A stretch of 63,776 nt of DNA, filler included, from Octopus bimaculoides (GCF_001194135.2; 8 parts of 8 records of this genome joined end to end with filler, not necessarily neighbours in it); one strand, 5' to 3'; shown: positions 1 to 12,274, counted from the whole stretch's first letter. Translations and numbers: made by a program. Notes: generated by a model not told the origin, from the letters alone.

Positions 1-90
1 GATTACATCGACTCCTGTCTGTGACTTAGTACGTATTTTATCGGCCCTGAAAAGATGAAAGACTAAGTCAACCTCTGCAGAATTTGAATT
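1..90 (-). mobile_element. SINE family B fragment
   Basis: gattacatcgac...gaatttgaa core in reverse. Confidence 0.7.
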
Positions 91-107
91 GAAAATAATA
101 ATAATAT

Positions 108-400
108 CAAGAGCACCCAGAGAGTGCAAACCTCCGCCAAGGCAACACTAACATCCTCTCAACGATTAGCCGGAGATGATTTTTAAAATGAGAATATCTG
201 AAATAAACTCGACTGCTCTCACAAACAAGAATACTAAAAATGAACCCGACTGCTCTCAAAAATTAAGTAAAAAAAACAGGAAAAATAATCCAGAATCCTT
301 GTCCGGTACTGGATCGATTCCAAAATCTAATCAGTTCATGCCAGTCAGGAGGCCAAATGTAAAGACGGGCGAAATGCCACAAAGCACTTTGGCATCTTTT
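108..400 (+). mobile_element. Interspersed non-autonomous repeat, class uncertain
   Basis: aagagcacccagagagtgcaaacctccgccaaggc start and ccaaaatctaatcagttc motif recall small DNA/rolling-circle repeats of aquatic animals. Confidence 0.35.
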
Positions 401-819
401 CTGTTTACTTTTCACTTTTCAATTCCTTTAATTCTGTTCCAATTGATTTCAAATTTTGTGTATTGATGCAGTTTTGTATGCTAATTATGGAAAGGAAATT
501 CATTTTTACTATAAATTAATAAGTAAAAAGTTATTAGCTTCTAAAGTTTGCAAATTTGGGGTAATTTTAGGCGATTGAAAGCCACAGACACATTGGTACT
601 TGTTTCCATAGTAACAAGCCAAGCTGGTATCTGCTTAAGACTACTGCACACCTATATTCTGAACTTTTGTTTTTGAATTTTCGCTACAAAGAATATATTG
701 TTTTTCAAATTTGGTCATTTTTCAGGCTGAATCTGATTTTGTCATTCACTTGTTCCAGAAAAAATTTCAGAAAAATGTTCACTAAAAATATTTTACTAAT
801 TGATTAACCCCAGGTCATC

Positions 820-975
820 CACTGGTTGGACTAGCCCTAGACGCCAACCCTTAACCCCGGCCCTAAGCACTCTTTCATCCTTAGCAGCTAACTTTAACCC
901 TAAACTTCAACTCTAAGCCCTAACTCTAACCCTAATTTTAACCCTAAACTCCTACACTAAACCTTAAACCCTAGT
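820..975. repeat. Degenerate telomere-like (CCCTAA)n tract
   Basis: Repeated aaccctaa, ccctaa and ctctaa units. Confidence 0.6.
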
Positions 976-1605
976 GTATCTGAAACTTTGGTTTTTGAAT
1001 TTCAGCTATTATTTACACTAGCGAATCTACCCATCTATGATGGAGGCATAAAATGAAGGAGGGAAGCAATAACAGCAGTATGTATCGAGGAATGTATAAA
1101 TGGACTTGCTAGATTCTCAGAGAATTCACATTATTTTTGGTGATAGAGTATTCTATTGCAGCTAATGGCATGTGTTTGTGACTAAGTGACATGTGATGAC
1201 GATTCACTCCCAAACTGACATTGGCTCCCAGCCTCTGAATCATGAATGGTTATGTCGACCACTCCTAACGAAATCCATTCTTCCTTCGACTATTACACAA
1301 AAAGTATTAAGGAAAAAAATGTTGATATACTTTTTTCCTTCTTCAAATTATGAATCCTATTCCTTTCGATAATATCAATATGATTACAAAATGTCTTTGT
1401 AGATGATATTTTCTGTTTGGTCAACACTAATTTTCAAATTACTGGAGTCCGTTGCTCTACTCATAGTGACTTATAACTGGCCGTGTGTAAACATCGGAGT
1501 GGGTTAAAATACACCTACACGACCTAAAGTCTGGCCCTGTGCCTTGTTTGCTGTGAATGCACAAGCGGAATCTTTAGGGTTGCAAAAAATCAAACTAAGA
1601 CTTAC

Positions 1606-1706
1606 CTTTCACTGTTCACTGCGAATAATGTCTGGATGTTTTGGTACCATGGGTTATTTTGATTGACAAAACTCAAATGTAAACAACAGCCGCTTCGATT
1701 AGCCAT
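1606..1706 (-). CDS. Candidate first exon of a further minus-strand transcript: MANRSGCCLHLSFVNQNNPWYQNIQTLFAVNSE
   Basis: aaaATGG start context, consensus donor AG|GTAAGT at 1605, locally CpG-richer sequence. No recognisable protein. Confidence 0.3.
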
Positions 1707-1799
1707 TTTGAATCCTGCTTGAGACTGACACACTCCAATAATTACTAAATAATCACACACACTGTATATTGACACACACTTTTTCCATTTTATTTTCAC

Positions 1800-2410
1800 T
1801 ATTAACCGTCCTCGCGACCCCCTTCATATCTACAATGGGGCCACAAAACTATACGATGAAAATCCAGAGTTACTCGTGGTCAGTGAATTTTTAAGAAAAT
1901 GTGAAAGTGGTTTATCAATTAAAGAATTTATATCCACAAAATAATCATACTTTCTGATTTTTAAATTCTAAAACCTTCCTGACAACCAAACTTGGTAATC
2001 CTAAAAAATATCGTAACCATTGGTCAGAGCCATCTAGCCGTGAAGAGGGAACAAACAGAGATGGATAGATGGATGGACATAACACCCATTATAGTAAGAC
2101 AGCAAATCTGCCTATCTATGATGGGAAATAATGGGATAGTATCACAAAACTAAACCCTTAAATTCACAAACTATATGGAGTGGAAATCTAGAGTTAATCC
2201 TCATTGCTGGAATTTTAACAAAAGAAATCAAAGGTGATTAATTAATACAAAACTCAATACCCACTAAATAATCATACTTTTTCACATTTTTTTTTTTTGC
2301 TAAAAACCTTCCTGATTATCTCCTTTGTAATCCCGAAAAATATCATGACCATTCGTCCAGTGAAGAGGGAACAGACAGACAGACAGACATAACACTCATT
2401 ATAGTAAGAT
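1800..2410 (+). mobile_element. Two head-to-tail HINE/Helitron-like non-autonomous elements
   Basis: Both end in gaagagggaac-(caga/gatg)n-cataacac.cattatagtaaga. The second starts agcaaatctgcctatctatgatggg, also seen at about 1020. Architecture resembles DINE-1/Lep1-type elements. Confidence 0.6.
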
Positions 2411-3515
2411 GAACTGGACTACAGTAGTATAGTATACAGGTTTTTTTTTGTAATTTTTGCCCTCTTCCCTCAAACCCATTAAGGATTTTTCATTTTTATA
2501 TTGCCAGTTCTAACGTTTCACATGACTTAATTCATTTAAGCTTCTTGGAAATTGATAAACATCTTACAACTGTCAATATCATAATATATTACTTTCATTT
2601 TGTTTGATAAAAGTTATTCTGCAGAAAATGCCAGCTTTCAAATCCTGTTTTGTGATTGTGTGTAAGAATAGTCAAACTGCTGTAAAATTTTTCTGGGAAA
2701 AGCGAATAACATCAGATTTGAAAGATCAAATTTTAAAATTTTCACTTGATTTTAGTATTTCAAAAAGTGAAAGTCAAGCAGAGAAGATCCGCATTTTGTC
2801 CAACATGCTAACAATTCTGCCAACTTGCCTCCTTAAATAATTATAACAACAACAACACCAACAAGTGGCTTATTGAAATTCTACATTTTATTAATTTTCT
2901 TATTTTCTATTTTGATACATAAGTTTACAGATATTCATAACAGAGTTTGTTTTGTGTTCAGCAGCTGTTTCATTAAGATAAACATCATTAAATATATCAT
3001 TACGTAATTGTGATACATGATTTCAATTAATTTAAAAGCTGTGTCTTCCCAAATCATCAGAAATATTATGTGTTATATTAATAAGAACCCTTGTTTAGTA
3101 TGTTAAATTTCTGATTCATTTCGTAGACCATTTTGTTGAAAGCAAGGAAACTCTGTTGTGTCTGATTTTGTTCCATACTTGAGTTTGTTAAATCGTACCA
3201 CTAAAGTGTTAAACATTTAAAAAAATTCTATGTCTTCAATTTTGTTCTATAGTTTGTTGAAATTGCAACACTCAAATATATTCTTTATTTTACTCTCTTT
3301 ACTGGTTTCAGCTCTATATCTGCAGCCATGCTAGAGCACTGCTGCTTACATATCACATTATGATAAAAAAAAATATTTCAAATATGTCCCTGATTTAGTC
3401 TCATAGTTAAATTTACTGAAACCGTATATGCAAACATGTATTGCTGTTAAAAATTGTGATAACGTTTGCTGAAATTGTAACATCAAAATTTTTCATTATC
3501 TTAAAAATTGTGATT

Positions 3516-3685
3516 AGGCCTGACTGTGTGGTAAGAAGCTTGCTTCCCAATCACATGGTTCCAGGTTCAGTTCCCATTGCATGGTACCTTGTGCAGGTGT
3601 CTTCTACTATAGCTCCAATATAGCCCCAGGCCAATCAATACCTTCTGAGTGGATTTAGTTGACAAAAAAGGAATTATATCTACAG

Positions 3686-3732
<47 letters not shown>

Positions 3733-3797
3733 CTACATGCATTTGTCTTTGTGTCCCCCTCCCCCATCCACCACCACTTAACAACTGGCATTGGTTT
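3516..3797 (+). mobile_element. SINE family A, 5' two-thirds
   Basis: Head plus (CA)/(TA) microsatellite. Abuts an inverted tail copy. Confidence 0.85.
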
Positions 3798-3967
3798 ACT
3801 CTTTTACTTGTTTCAGTCATTTGACTGCAGCCATGCTGGAGCACCACCTTTAGTCGAGCAAATCGACCCCAGGACTTATTCTTTGTAAGCCTAGTACTTA
3901 TTCTATCGGTCTGTTTTGCCGAACCACTAAGTTACAGGGACGTAAACACACCAGCATCGGTTGTCAG
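3798..3967 (-). mobile_element. SINE family A tail
   Basis: Reverse complement of the family A 3' half. Confidence 0.9.
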
Positions 3968-4444
3968 ACACACAGATAGTTTGAATCTTATTGTTCTTGG
4001 ATCAGGTATGATAATAGTTGCTATTGTGATGTTACCTGGTCATTGTGTGTTGTGGTTGCCATCAGTCCATTGTTTTTGTGTTGTGACAGCACTCTAGCCA
4101 GCTGCTGGTTCTGCTATTGCCTGCTGAGTGCCATCTTTCGTGTCCAGTCTGATGTCTATTGTCTGCCATTTGTTGACAATGGCTAAAATGTGCTGAATAT
4201 ATAGTGGTGGTCTTGCTCAGAAAAAGTGTGCCAAAGATGAGATTATTGTCTGATCCGGTTCCACACGATGCCTTGAATGGCCAGATATTTTTATGATGGT
4301 AATATTCTAATGAATCACGCTCATATTCTTGAGTTTTTTTGTTTTTTTTTGTATTGGATATAGTGACCCGAGTTCAACTGCTAAATATTCCTGCTACACA
4401 TGTAAATGGATTTTATACTTTCATGCATAGTTATGTAAAACATT

Positions 4445-4790
4445 TCTTGGTGGAGATCAGAGAATCTGTCCAGGTCAAGCTGCTACTTGTCCGCATTGAG
4501 AGGTCATAGCTTTGGTACTATGGACATGTGATTAGAATATTACAGTAAGGGTTCACAAGACAAATTCTTCAAGCCAAGCCAGCTGGCCGGAGACCCTGGG
4601 GGTAGACCTAGAACTAGACAGTTAAATAATATCCATTGTCTCTGTTAGTCATGCCTAGGAATCCAGCTAGAAAGTGTAATGGCAGTGGCTTCTGATAAGA
4701 CCTTATGGAGGTGTGCCTGAGGACTCTGCTGCCACGACCCTTCCAGGAATGGTGGGCAGAGAAGATGGATTGATGGATTACGTAAAATAT
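4445..4790 (+). mobile_element. RTE-clade LINE 3' end
   Basis: LLLVRIERS*LWYYGHVIR...QILQAKPAGRRP.GRPRTR...AVASDKTLWR, ending in short gatg repeats. Confidence 0.85.
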
Positions 4791-5584
4791 GTAGACCTGT
4801 CTGTCTCCATTTATATCTGTCTGCTTGTCTATGTATGTATGTATGTATGTGTGTGTGTGTGTGTGTGTGTGTGGCTTAGATACAGCCATTTGTTCAAAGG
4901 TGTGTGCACTTATATGGATTTGTTTTTCAATTACACATACCTTTATGTAAATGCATGTGTAATTAAACCTGTCTGCCTCTCTCCATGTATGTCTGTCTGT
5001 GTCTCTATGTATATATTATGTGTGTTGTTTGTTTGTCAGACTATCTGCCCATCTATCTGTTTGTCTTTCTGTCTCTGTCTGTCTGTGTGTCTCCATATCT
5101 CTCTCTCTTCTATCTCTCCTCTCTCTCCTTTCTCTCTCTTTCTGTCCCTCTCTGTCTCTCTGTCTCTCTCTCTCTCCACTTTGCTATTTGCGAGATCCTG
5201 TTAGTAATCTTATTTGTGTGTATGTATGTCTATCTGTATAGCTATTTATTTGTCTATATGCCTGTCTATCCATCCATCTATTTGTTGATCTATCTATCTA
5301 TTTATCAATCCATCTATGCCTGTACGTATGTATGTATGCATTTATATGTGTATATTTTATACCTGTGTATATATACACATGTACTGGTAGTATGTAACGA
5401 CCACAAGGTCGAATCCCTGCTTCACTGTTGTGTGGTTGATTTGTATACCCCAATGCCATTGAGAGCTATGCTAACAGTGTGCAAACTCTTGCCAGGGCCA
5501 TCCTTAGCAAACTCACTCAAAAGATAGGGGCTGCATTCATACGGACATCCTCATCCCAGAGGTGAAAATGGGTTCGCTTTGGGC

Positions 5585-5888
5585 CTTGCCTTGCCCTTGG
5601 AGAAAGGAGACTGGTATGCATAGGTGACTTCTGGTCTTCCATAAACAACCTTGACCAGACCTGTGTCTCAGAGGGGAACTTTCTAGGTGCAATCCCATGG
5701 TCATGCATGACTGAAGGGGGTCTTTACCCTATATACATATAATGGTGTAGAGAGAGAGAGGGAGGAGGCTGGTGTACATGGGTGACTGCTGGTCTTCCAT
5801 AAACAACCTTGCCTGGACTTGTGTCTCGGAGATGAACTTTCTAGGTGCAATCCCCTAGTCATTCATGACCGAAGGGGGTCTTTACCCT
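5585..5888 (+). mobile_element. Two tandem SINE family E tail copies
   Basis: actttctaggtgcaatccc...gaagggggtctttaccc occurs twice, ending near 5730 and 5888. Confidence 0.85.
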
Positions 5889-6236
5889 TCTTACAAATAA
5901 AGCAGATGAAACTAACATCTGGGGAAATATTTATTTTGGATATACAGATGGGGGTGCCTGCCCCATTACTGAGGGAACGGCCCTCGTGCTAGCTCTGTAG
6001 ACACAATGCTTTCTGTTTTTTAGCTGGGGGACCTGTTGGTGCAAGAATCATTCAGGGTTGAAAAAGCAGGGATTCAACTGGAGAGAAGCAGAAAAGACAA
6101 CCCAGAATTGAAACCGGTGGGTAAAAGTCATTGATGGCCTATGCTTCCATAGGAAGTAAAAGGCTTAAATGAGTGAATGCTAGTATGAAACCTGGCACAA
6201 GCTGCTATTGTTGGTGTGTGATTGAGTCATTAGTGA

Positions 6237-6385
6237 CTAAACTGTTATCTCCTCCATGTTGGCCTGGTACTGAAGATTGCTATGAAGCCTAGTTAGACTA
6301 AAACAAAAGAATGGACTGACCCAGTATAGAGTTGACAAATATCTAACCAAAGCATATATCAGAAAACGGGTGTGCATGACGACAC
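6237..6385 (-). CDS. Possible terminal EI24 coding exon: (G)VVMHTRFLIYALVRYLSTLYWVSPFFCFSLTRLHSNLQYQANMEEITV*
   Basis: Acceptor ggtctttcag. IYALVRYLST weakly resembles the EI24 C-terminal LFSLVVFLSN. An internal gtcagt donor at 6320 is an alternative end. Similarity is weak. Confidence 0.35.
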
Positions 6386-6627
6386 CTGAAAGACCCTCAC
6401 TAGCCCCCACCATCCCACAGCTCTGGCATTTACTTTGGTGGTAAATGTTAGGTTGGTATTTAGCTTGAGATAAGAGCATTCCATTTTAAATTTTGGCTGA
6501 CAGCCTAAATGGAACAGTTATGATGGACCATTTTTAGTCCTGTTGTTGGAATGTCTTGTACACAATACATGCATCTGAGTTTTCAGTAAACACTTATTGA
6601 TAGGCATTTTTATAGCATGGTATTTAT

Positions 6628-7052
6628 GTGCCGGTGCCACATAAATAGCACTTGTGCTGGTGCCACCTAAAATGCACCCATGCTGGTGCCACCTAAAATG
6701 CACCCATGCTGGTGCCACGTAAAAGGCACCAGTTCTGGTGCCATATAAAAACCACCTATGTCAGTGCCATGTAAAAAACACCTGTGCTGGTGCTACAAGA
6801 ATGCACCTTTGCCAGTGACACTTTTAAAGCACTCATGCTGGTGCCACGTATAAAGCACATGTGCTGGTGCCATGAAAAAGTCACCCAGTACCACTCTCTA
6901 GAGTGGTTGGTGTTAGGAGGGGCATCCAGCCATAGAATCCATGCCAAAACAGACAGTTGGAGTCTGGTGCGGCTCTCCAGCCTTGCCAGCCCCTGTCAAA
7001 ACCTCTAACCCATGCCAGCATGGAAAACTGACTTTGAATGATGATGATGATA
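6628..7052 (+). mobile_element. SINE family D with about 10 tandem ~26-nt units
   Basis: Array of gctggtgccac.taaaa.gcac units, then ggttggtgttaggaggggcatccagc...catgccagcatggaaaa and a (GAT)n tail. Confidence 0.88.
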
Positions 7053-7511
7053 TAAATTTTGGGAGATTGTTACTTTTTGCATTTTCAAGTTCTTTGTCAC
7101 CTAAAGACCCACAGCAAGTTATAAGTCTGACATCACTGATTTAGGAGATAGAAAAACTCAACATGTGCATCAGCATCATCATCATCATCATCATCATTTT
7201 CCTTGATGCTTGTGTGGGTCAGATGGATTTCATTGCAGCAGATATTCTACTGGTGGATGCTCTTCCAGTTGTCAGCCCTCACCCGTTTCTAAGCAAGCTA
7301 ATATTTCCCTCATGGCCTGACGTGTTTTTCATGGAGGATTGGAAATAAATGACACCATTTGTGTGAATGCGATGTGATGCTTGTTTACAACTGTTGCGGA
7401 ATGTCACGACATGAAGATACAAACAGGCGCGCGCACACACACACACACACACACAATCAGATTATGCAATAGAAATAGGTCCATAATGTGAACATTACCA
7501 GTGTCACATTC

Positions 7512-7550
<39 letters not shown>

Positions 7551-7999
7551 NNNNNNNNNNTTTCACTTGGGAAAAATTCCCCTAGACATATAGTGTTCAA
7601 AACCGCAATATACCTCACAACTAAGTGAAACAAAATCGCCGTGTTACTTTATTTCAAACGAGTTAGAGGGGCGTGCTCAATACATATTGCAGAGGCTATT
7701 GTTTCTATTGTTTCTTTATTGTGTATATATATATTACACTAAGTATAAAATACCTAAATTTGCATTTACACATGCAATAAAACCTTTTGGGGAAGGAGAA
7801 CTCCGAAGCAAAATCCTGATTTACTTATGGAGTTCTCCCTATTAGAAAAACTTGCCGTTGAAATATAAAATGTATTTATAAATATAAAACCTCTTAGCTT
7901 TTACTGCCCTATCAACCTTATCATTCCACCACCGTGTTACTAAAAGACCCATAGACCCAGGGGTAAAAAAAAAATTGAAGTACTTTTGACTTGGCTGAG

Positions 8000-8295
8000 A
8001 CTGTGCTCTAAGTAGGTTATCTCATTGAGATCCCCAGTTGTCATCTGCGCTACAGGTGTCCAAATCTTCCTCATATGTGTCGGTTAGAATTTCTTTAAAC
8101 CTATCTCCTAATTGCAGGATCATTTAGTTTTTCCATACCTTCCTAATGCATACTGTTTTCCGTTTCTTTGTCTGCTTAGCTCTGATTCAGATTTCGCTAG
8201 GCACACACCGATGTTACATAATGCATTCTTCTCAAGGAATGGTTTTGGTGTTTACGTGTAGCTCCTCTGTCCAGTTTTCTCTGGCCTGGCTCTTC
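8000..8295 (-). mobile_element. RTE-clade LINE endonuclease-end fragment
   Basis: TKTIP*EECIM*HRCV.S.I.IRAKQ...RKVWK resembles the VIPGEEC..QHRL motif at the end of RTE APE domains. Confidence 0.6.
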
Positions 8296-8298
8296 ATC

Positions 8299-8760
8299 AG
8301 TTACGACGACGAGTGTTCCAGTTGTTTCGATCAATAGAACAGCCTCCTCATGTAATTAACATGCAAGTGGCTGAGCATTCCCCAGACATGCGTACCCTTA
8401 ACCCTTTCGCGTTTAAACGGACCATATCCAGCCAAAATATTCTGCTTGCTTTGTGTTCAAACTGACCAGGTCTGGCGTCTCACACCGACCATAGAATGCC
8501 ATTTTGAACATAAACAATCACATCATCGAAATCTCAAGGTTTCAAGATAAAGTATGATCATTTCAAAACAATGTGAATAAATAAGCATTACATTCAACAG
8601 AGTTATCTGAACGCGAAAGGGTTCATGCAGTTTCTCAGGAAGATTCAGTGTGACACAATGTGATAAGGCTGGCCCTTTAGAATTACAGGTATAACTTACT
8701 TTTGCCAGCCGGGTAGGCTGGACCAGTGTGATAATAATGTGTCTTGCTCCTGTTTCCTAA
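8299..8760 (-). mobile_element. SINE family C interrupted by a MITE
   Basis: Matches the 41399 and 45487 copies on both sides of the insertion. Confidence 0.85.
8402..8621. mobile_element. 220-bp piggyBac-type MITE nested in a SINE C copy
   Basis: 12-bp perfect TIR CCCTTTCGCGTT, flanked by TTAA (8398-8401) and TTCA (8622-8625). The uninterrupted site is seen in the SINE C copy at about 41515. Confidence 0.85.
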
Positions 8761-9520
8761 AGAGAATATAATTTATTTGACTTAAGCGTTCACCAGATTA
8801 GTAAGTGATGAGGTGGTAGGCTGATTTCTGAAAGTGTGCGTTGCAAATTGTTGGATCAGTAGCATTACAGAACTCCAGAAGCCACCCCACCACCTCATTT
8901 CTCAAACTGTAACCATAGCTTCTACGAATGTCACGGCAGCCTTCAACATGTTGGCCAGGAGGGCGATGACGATGATGATGATGACCATCTCTGATATAAA
9001 ACCTTCAGCTGAAATAGTTACTGGCAACTCTTAGTCCAGCTTGTCATTGTTTATTTAACTATGCATACTTGGGAGAGTGGTTTACTTGCAGTGTCATGTC
9101 GTGTCCCACAAGCTTATGTCAACCTGAGCTGATGATATACAGATGTCTTGTCACAGACAGGCTATCACCAGACCCCCCCCCCCCNNNNNNNNNNNNGAGG
9201 TAGTTATTCTGTGTGCATGTGTGTGTGTGTGCATCTGAGTATATATCATATACATATGTACACATACACCTTAAACAAACACACACTGAGACAAGTATGT
9301 AGAGGTAGACAACATATAAGCACACACACACACACACGCTGTGTCAGAGTTCTTTTTTTTTTTGCAAACAATCTAATATTTCAGCAATTAGCATGTTAAA
9401 TATTTCTACAGCTATAGATATGTCTGCCTAACTTTTTCCATACTCAAATGAGCTCCATCGTTTTTGACATGTACTCTGTGAGTAAATATAATATATATAT
9501 CATCATCATCTGTTGTCCAT

Positions 9521-9572
<52 letters not shown>

Positions 9573-10495
9573 TAACATATGGTGTAATTATAAACAGGGT
9601 AAATTTTAGCCATTTCTCCACAGACTGAAAAAAATGGTGAAAAATCTCAATTGATTTTTTAACCTTNNNNNNNNNNNNNNNNNNNNNNNNNNNNNNNNNN
9701 NNNNNNNNNNNNNNNNNNNNNNNNNNNNNNNNNNNNNNNNNNNNNNNNNNNNNNNNNNNNNNNNNNNNNNNNNNNNNNNNNNNNNNNNNNNNNNNNNNNN
9801 NNNNNNNNNNNNNNNNNNNNNNNNNNNNNNNNNNNNNNNNNNNNNNNNNNNNNNNNNNNNNNNNNNNNNNNNNNNNNNNNNNNNNNNNNNNNNNNNNNNN
9901 NNNNNNNNNNNNNNNNNNNNNNNNNNNNNNNNNNNNNNNNNNNNNNNNNNNNNNNNNNNNNNNNNNNNNNNNNNNNNNNNNNNNNNNNNNNNNNNNNNNN
10001 NNNNNNNNNNNNNNNNNNNNNNNNNNNNNNNNNNNNNNNNNNNNNNNNNNNNNNNNNNNNNNNNNNNNNNNNNNNNNNNNNNNNNNNNNNNNNNNNNNNN
10101 NNNNNNNNNNNNNNNNNNNNNNNNNNNNNNNNNNNNNNNNNNNNNNNNNNNNNNNNNNNNNNNNNNNNNNNNNNNNNNNNNNNNNNNNNNNNNNNNNNNN
10201 NNNNNNNNNNNNNNNNNNNNNNNNNNNNNNNNNNNNNNNNNNNNNNNNNNNNNNNNNNNNNNNNNNNNNNNNNNNNNNNNNNNNNNNNNNNNNNNNNNNN
10301 NNNNNNNNNNNNNNNNNNNNNNNNNNNNNNNNNNNNNNNNNNNNNNNNNNNNNNNNNNNNNNNNNNNNNNNNNNNNNNNNNNNNNNNNNNNNNNNNNNNN
10401 NNNNNNNNNNNNNNNNNNNNNNNNNNNNNNNNNNNNNNNNNNNNNNNNNNNNNNNNNNNNNNNNNNNNNNNNNNNNNNNNNNNNNNNNNNNNNNA

Positions 10496-10590
10496 CTGGG
10501 GTTGATTCATTCAACTTGGAAAGAAAATTCAAGGTGGTGCCCCAGCATGGCCGCAGTCTAATGACTGAAGAAAGTAAAAAGACAAAAGGT
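10496..10590 (+). mobile_element. SINE family A tail fragment
   Basis: ggtgccccagcatggccgcagtctaatgactgaa. Confidence 0.8.
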
Positions 10591-11089
10591 AAAAGTACGA
10601 GGAGGGGTAGAAAGTGTGCGTGTGGGGAGAGAGACCTTGACGATTTGTGATTTGAGCATGTTTGCCGTAAGCACTCTCCCCTCTTCACACACACAGAGAG
10701 GAATATGGTCACACATAAACAGGGAGGGAGGGAGAGAGAGAGAGAGAAAGACAGGCAGACAGACAGATAGACAATAGAGAGAGAGAGAGAGAGAGAGAGA
10801 GGAGGGGGAGACATTACAGTTTATTAATTGAACATGAATCACATTATCAGTTTCCCAATTTTCATAAACATAAAGAGAGACATAATTAATTAATTGAACA
10901 TAATTGATATAAACACTGTGTCTCTTCACACGGAAACAGAGAGAGAGATGGAAACATTAAAACGGACAGATTAGCATCAAATCAGCAACACCAAGCACAT
11001 GGCACCACAAGTACTGTGCCAAAACACCTCATACCCCTCCCTATTTCTTCATGTGGAAGGGGTTTTTCTTCTGTTAAATCTCACCATCG

Positions 11090-11565
11090 CAGGCATGGCT
11101 AAACGAACATGTAGCTGTGTAGTAAGAAGGTTCCAGGTTCAGCTCCACTGCATGGCACCTTGGGCAAATGTCTTCTACTATTACCTCAAGCCAACCAAAG
11201 CCTTGTGAGTGGATTTGGTCGACAGAAACTGATATGTATGTATGTGTGTATATATATATATATGTGTGTGTTTGTCCCCCCACCCACCATTGCTTGAGAA
11301 ACGAAAGAAACCTGTTGTACATATATATATACATATACGTGTGTGTGTCTTTGTGTCTGTGTTCGTCCCCTACCGCCGCTTGACAACCAGTGTTGATGTG
11401 ATCACGTCCCCTCCCCCATAACTTTACAGTTTAACAAAAGACACCGATAAAATAAGTATCTGGTTTAAAGAAAAAAGAAGAACTGGGGTCAATTCATTCG
11501 ACCAAAGTTCTTCAAAGGCGGTGCCCCAGCATGGCCACAGACTGAAACAAGTAAAAGCTAAAAAT
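11090..11565 (+). mobile_element. SINE family A, decayed full length
   Basis: Head, body and tail motifs present with an internal duplication. Confidence 0.85.
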
Positions 11566-11583
11566 CGCAGCATTTGCTGACAG

Positions 11584-11683
11584 NNNNNNNNNNNNNNNNN
11601 NNNNNNNNNNNNNNNNNNNNNNNNNNNTTAATTAATTAANNNNNNNNNNNNNNNNNNNNNNNNNNNNNNNNNNNNNNNNNNNN
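11584..11683. other. Unsized scaffold gap, N44-TTAATTAATTAA-N44; the same 100-nt construct occurs at 20261, 51013, 53157, 56988, 59956 and 62449
   Basis: Identical palindromic all-frame-stop linker centred in seven 100-nt gaps. Confidence 0.97.
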
Positions 11684-11932
11684 GACTGGCTTGTGCGGGT
11701 GGCACATAAAAGACACCATTTCGAGCGTGGCCGTTTTCGTGCGGGTGACACGTAAAAGCACCCACTACACTCTCTGAGTGGTTGGCGTTAGGAAGGGCAT
11801 CCAGCTGTAGAAACTCTGCCAAATCAGACTGGAGCCTGGTGTTGCCATCCGGTTTCACCAGTCCTCAGTCAAATCGTCCAACCCATGCTAGCATGGAAAG
11901 CGGACGTTAAACGATGATGATGATGATGATGA
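11684..11932 (+). mobile_element. SINE family D, young copy
   Basis: gttggcgttaggaagggcatccagctgtagaaac...ggacgttaaac(gat)n. CpGs retained. Confidence 0.9.
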
Positions 11933-12274
11933 TATACATTCTTACATTGTTATTGTAGTGTGCAGTATGTCAGTTAGGACAGACATTATCGTTTTTTGTC
12001 AAGACTGTTCTCGTATATGGTTGAAAGATCAAATAGTAGCTACAACAGAGATGATCTTAATACTTTACTAAAATAAGTATCACTCATTGTAAGAGGCACC
12101 ATAACTAAGACATTAAGGAGCTGGCTTACTCATTACATAGACAACCAAATCTAGTTACAGCTACACATGATACTGCTGACTAAGTCAACCAAGAAATCAA
12201 TACACATCACTCCTACTTTTGGTTGCAATTATCAAGTTGGCAATTGACTTTGCAGCCATTTTGATATAAAGATA

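Noticed and set aside
2604-2840. 78-aa + strand ORF as an exon
   Set aside because: Its last part (2791-2834) is a reverse SINE B head. No recognisable protein and no donor.
6628-6890. Tandem ~26-nt array as a CRISPR array
   Set aside because: No unique spacers, eukaryotic context, and it is an internal part of SINE D.
9119-9180. LYIISSG as the missing EI24 SYIISG exon
   Set aside because: No WPY/GFGLP upstream, no suitable splice sites, and it adjoins a poly-C/N artefact.
11628-11639. Recurring TTAATTAATTAA palindrome (seven copies) as a biological motif
   Set aside because: Always centred in an exact 100-nt N run. It is an assembly gap linker with stops in all frames.
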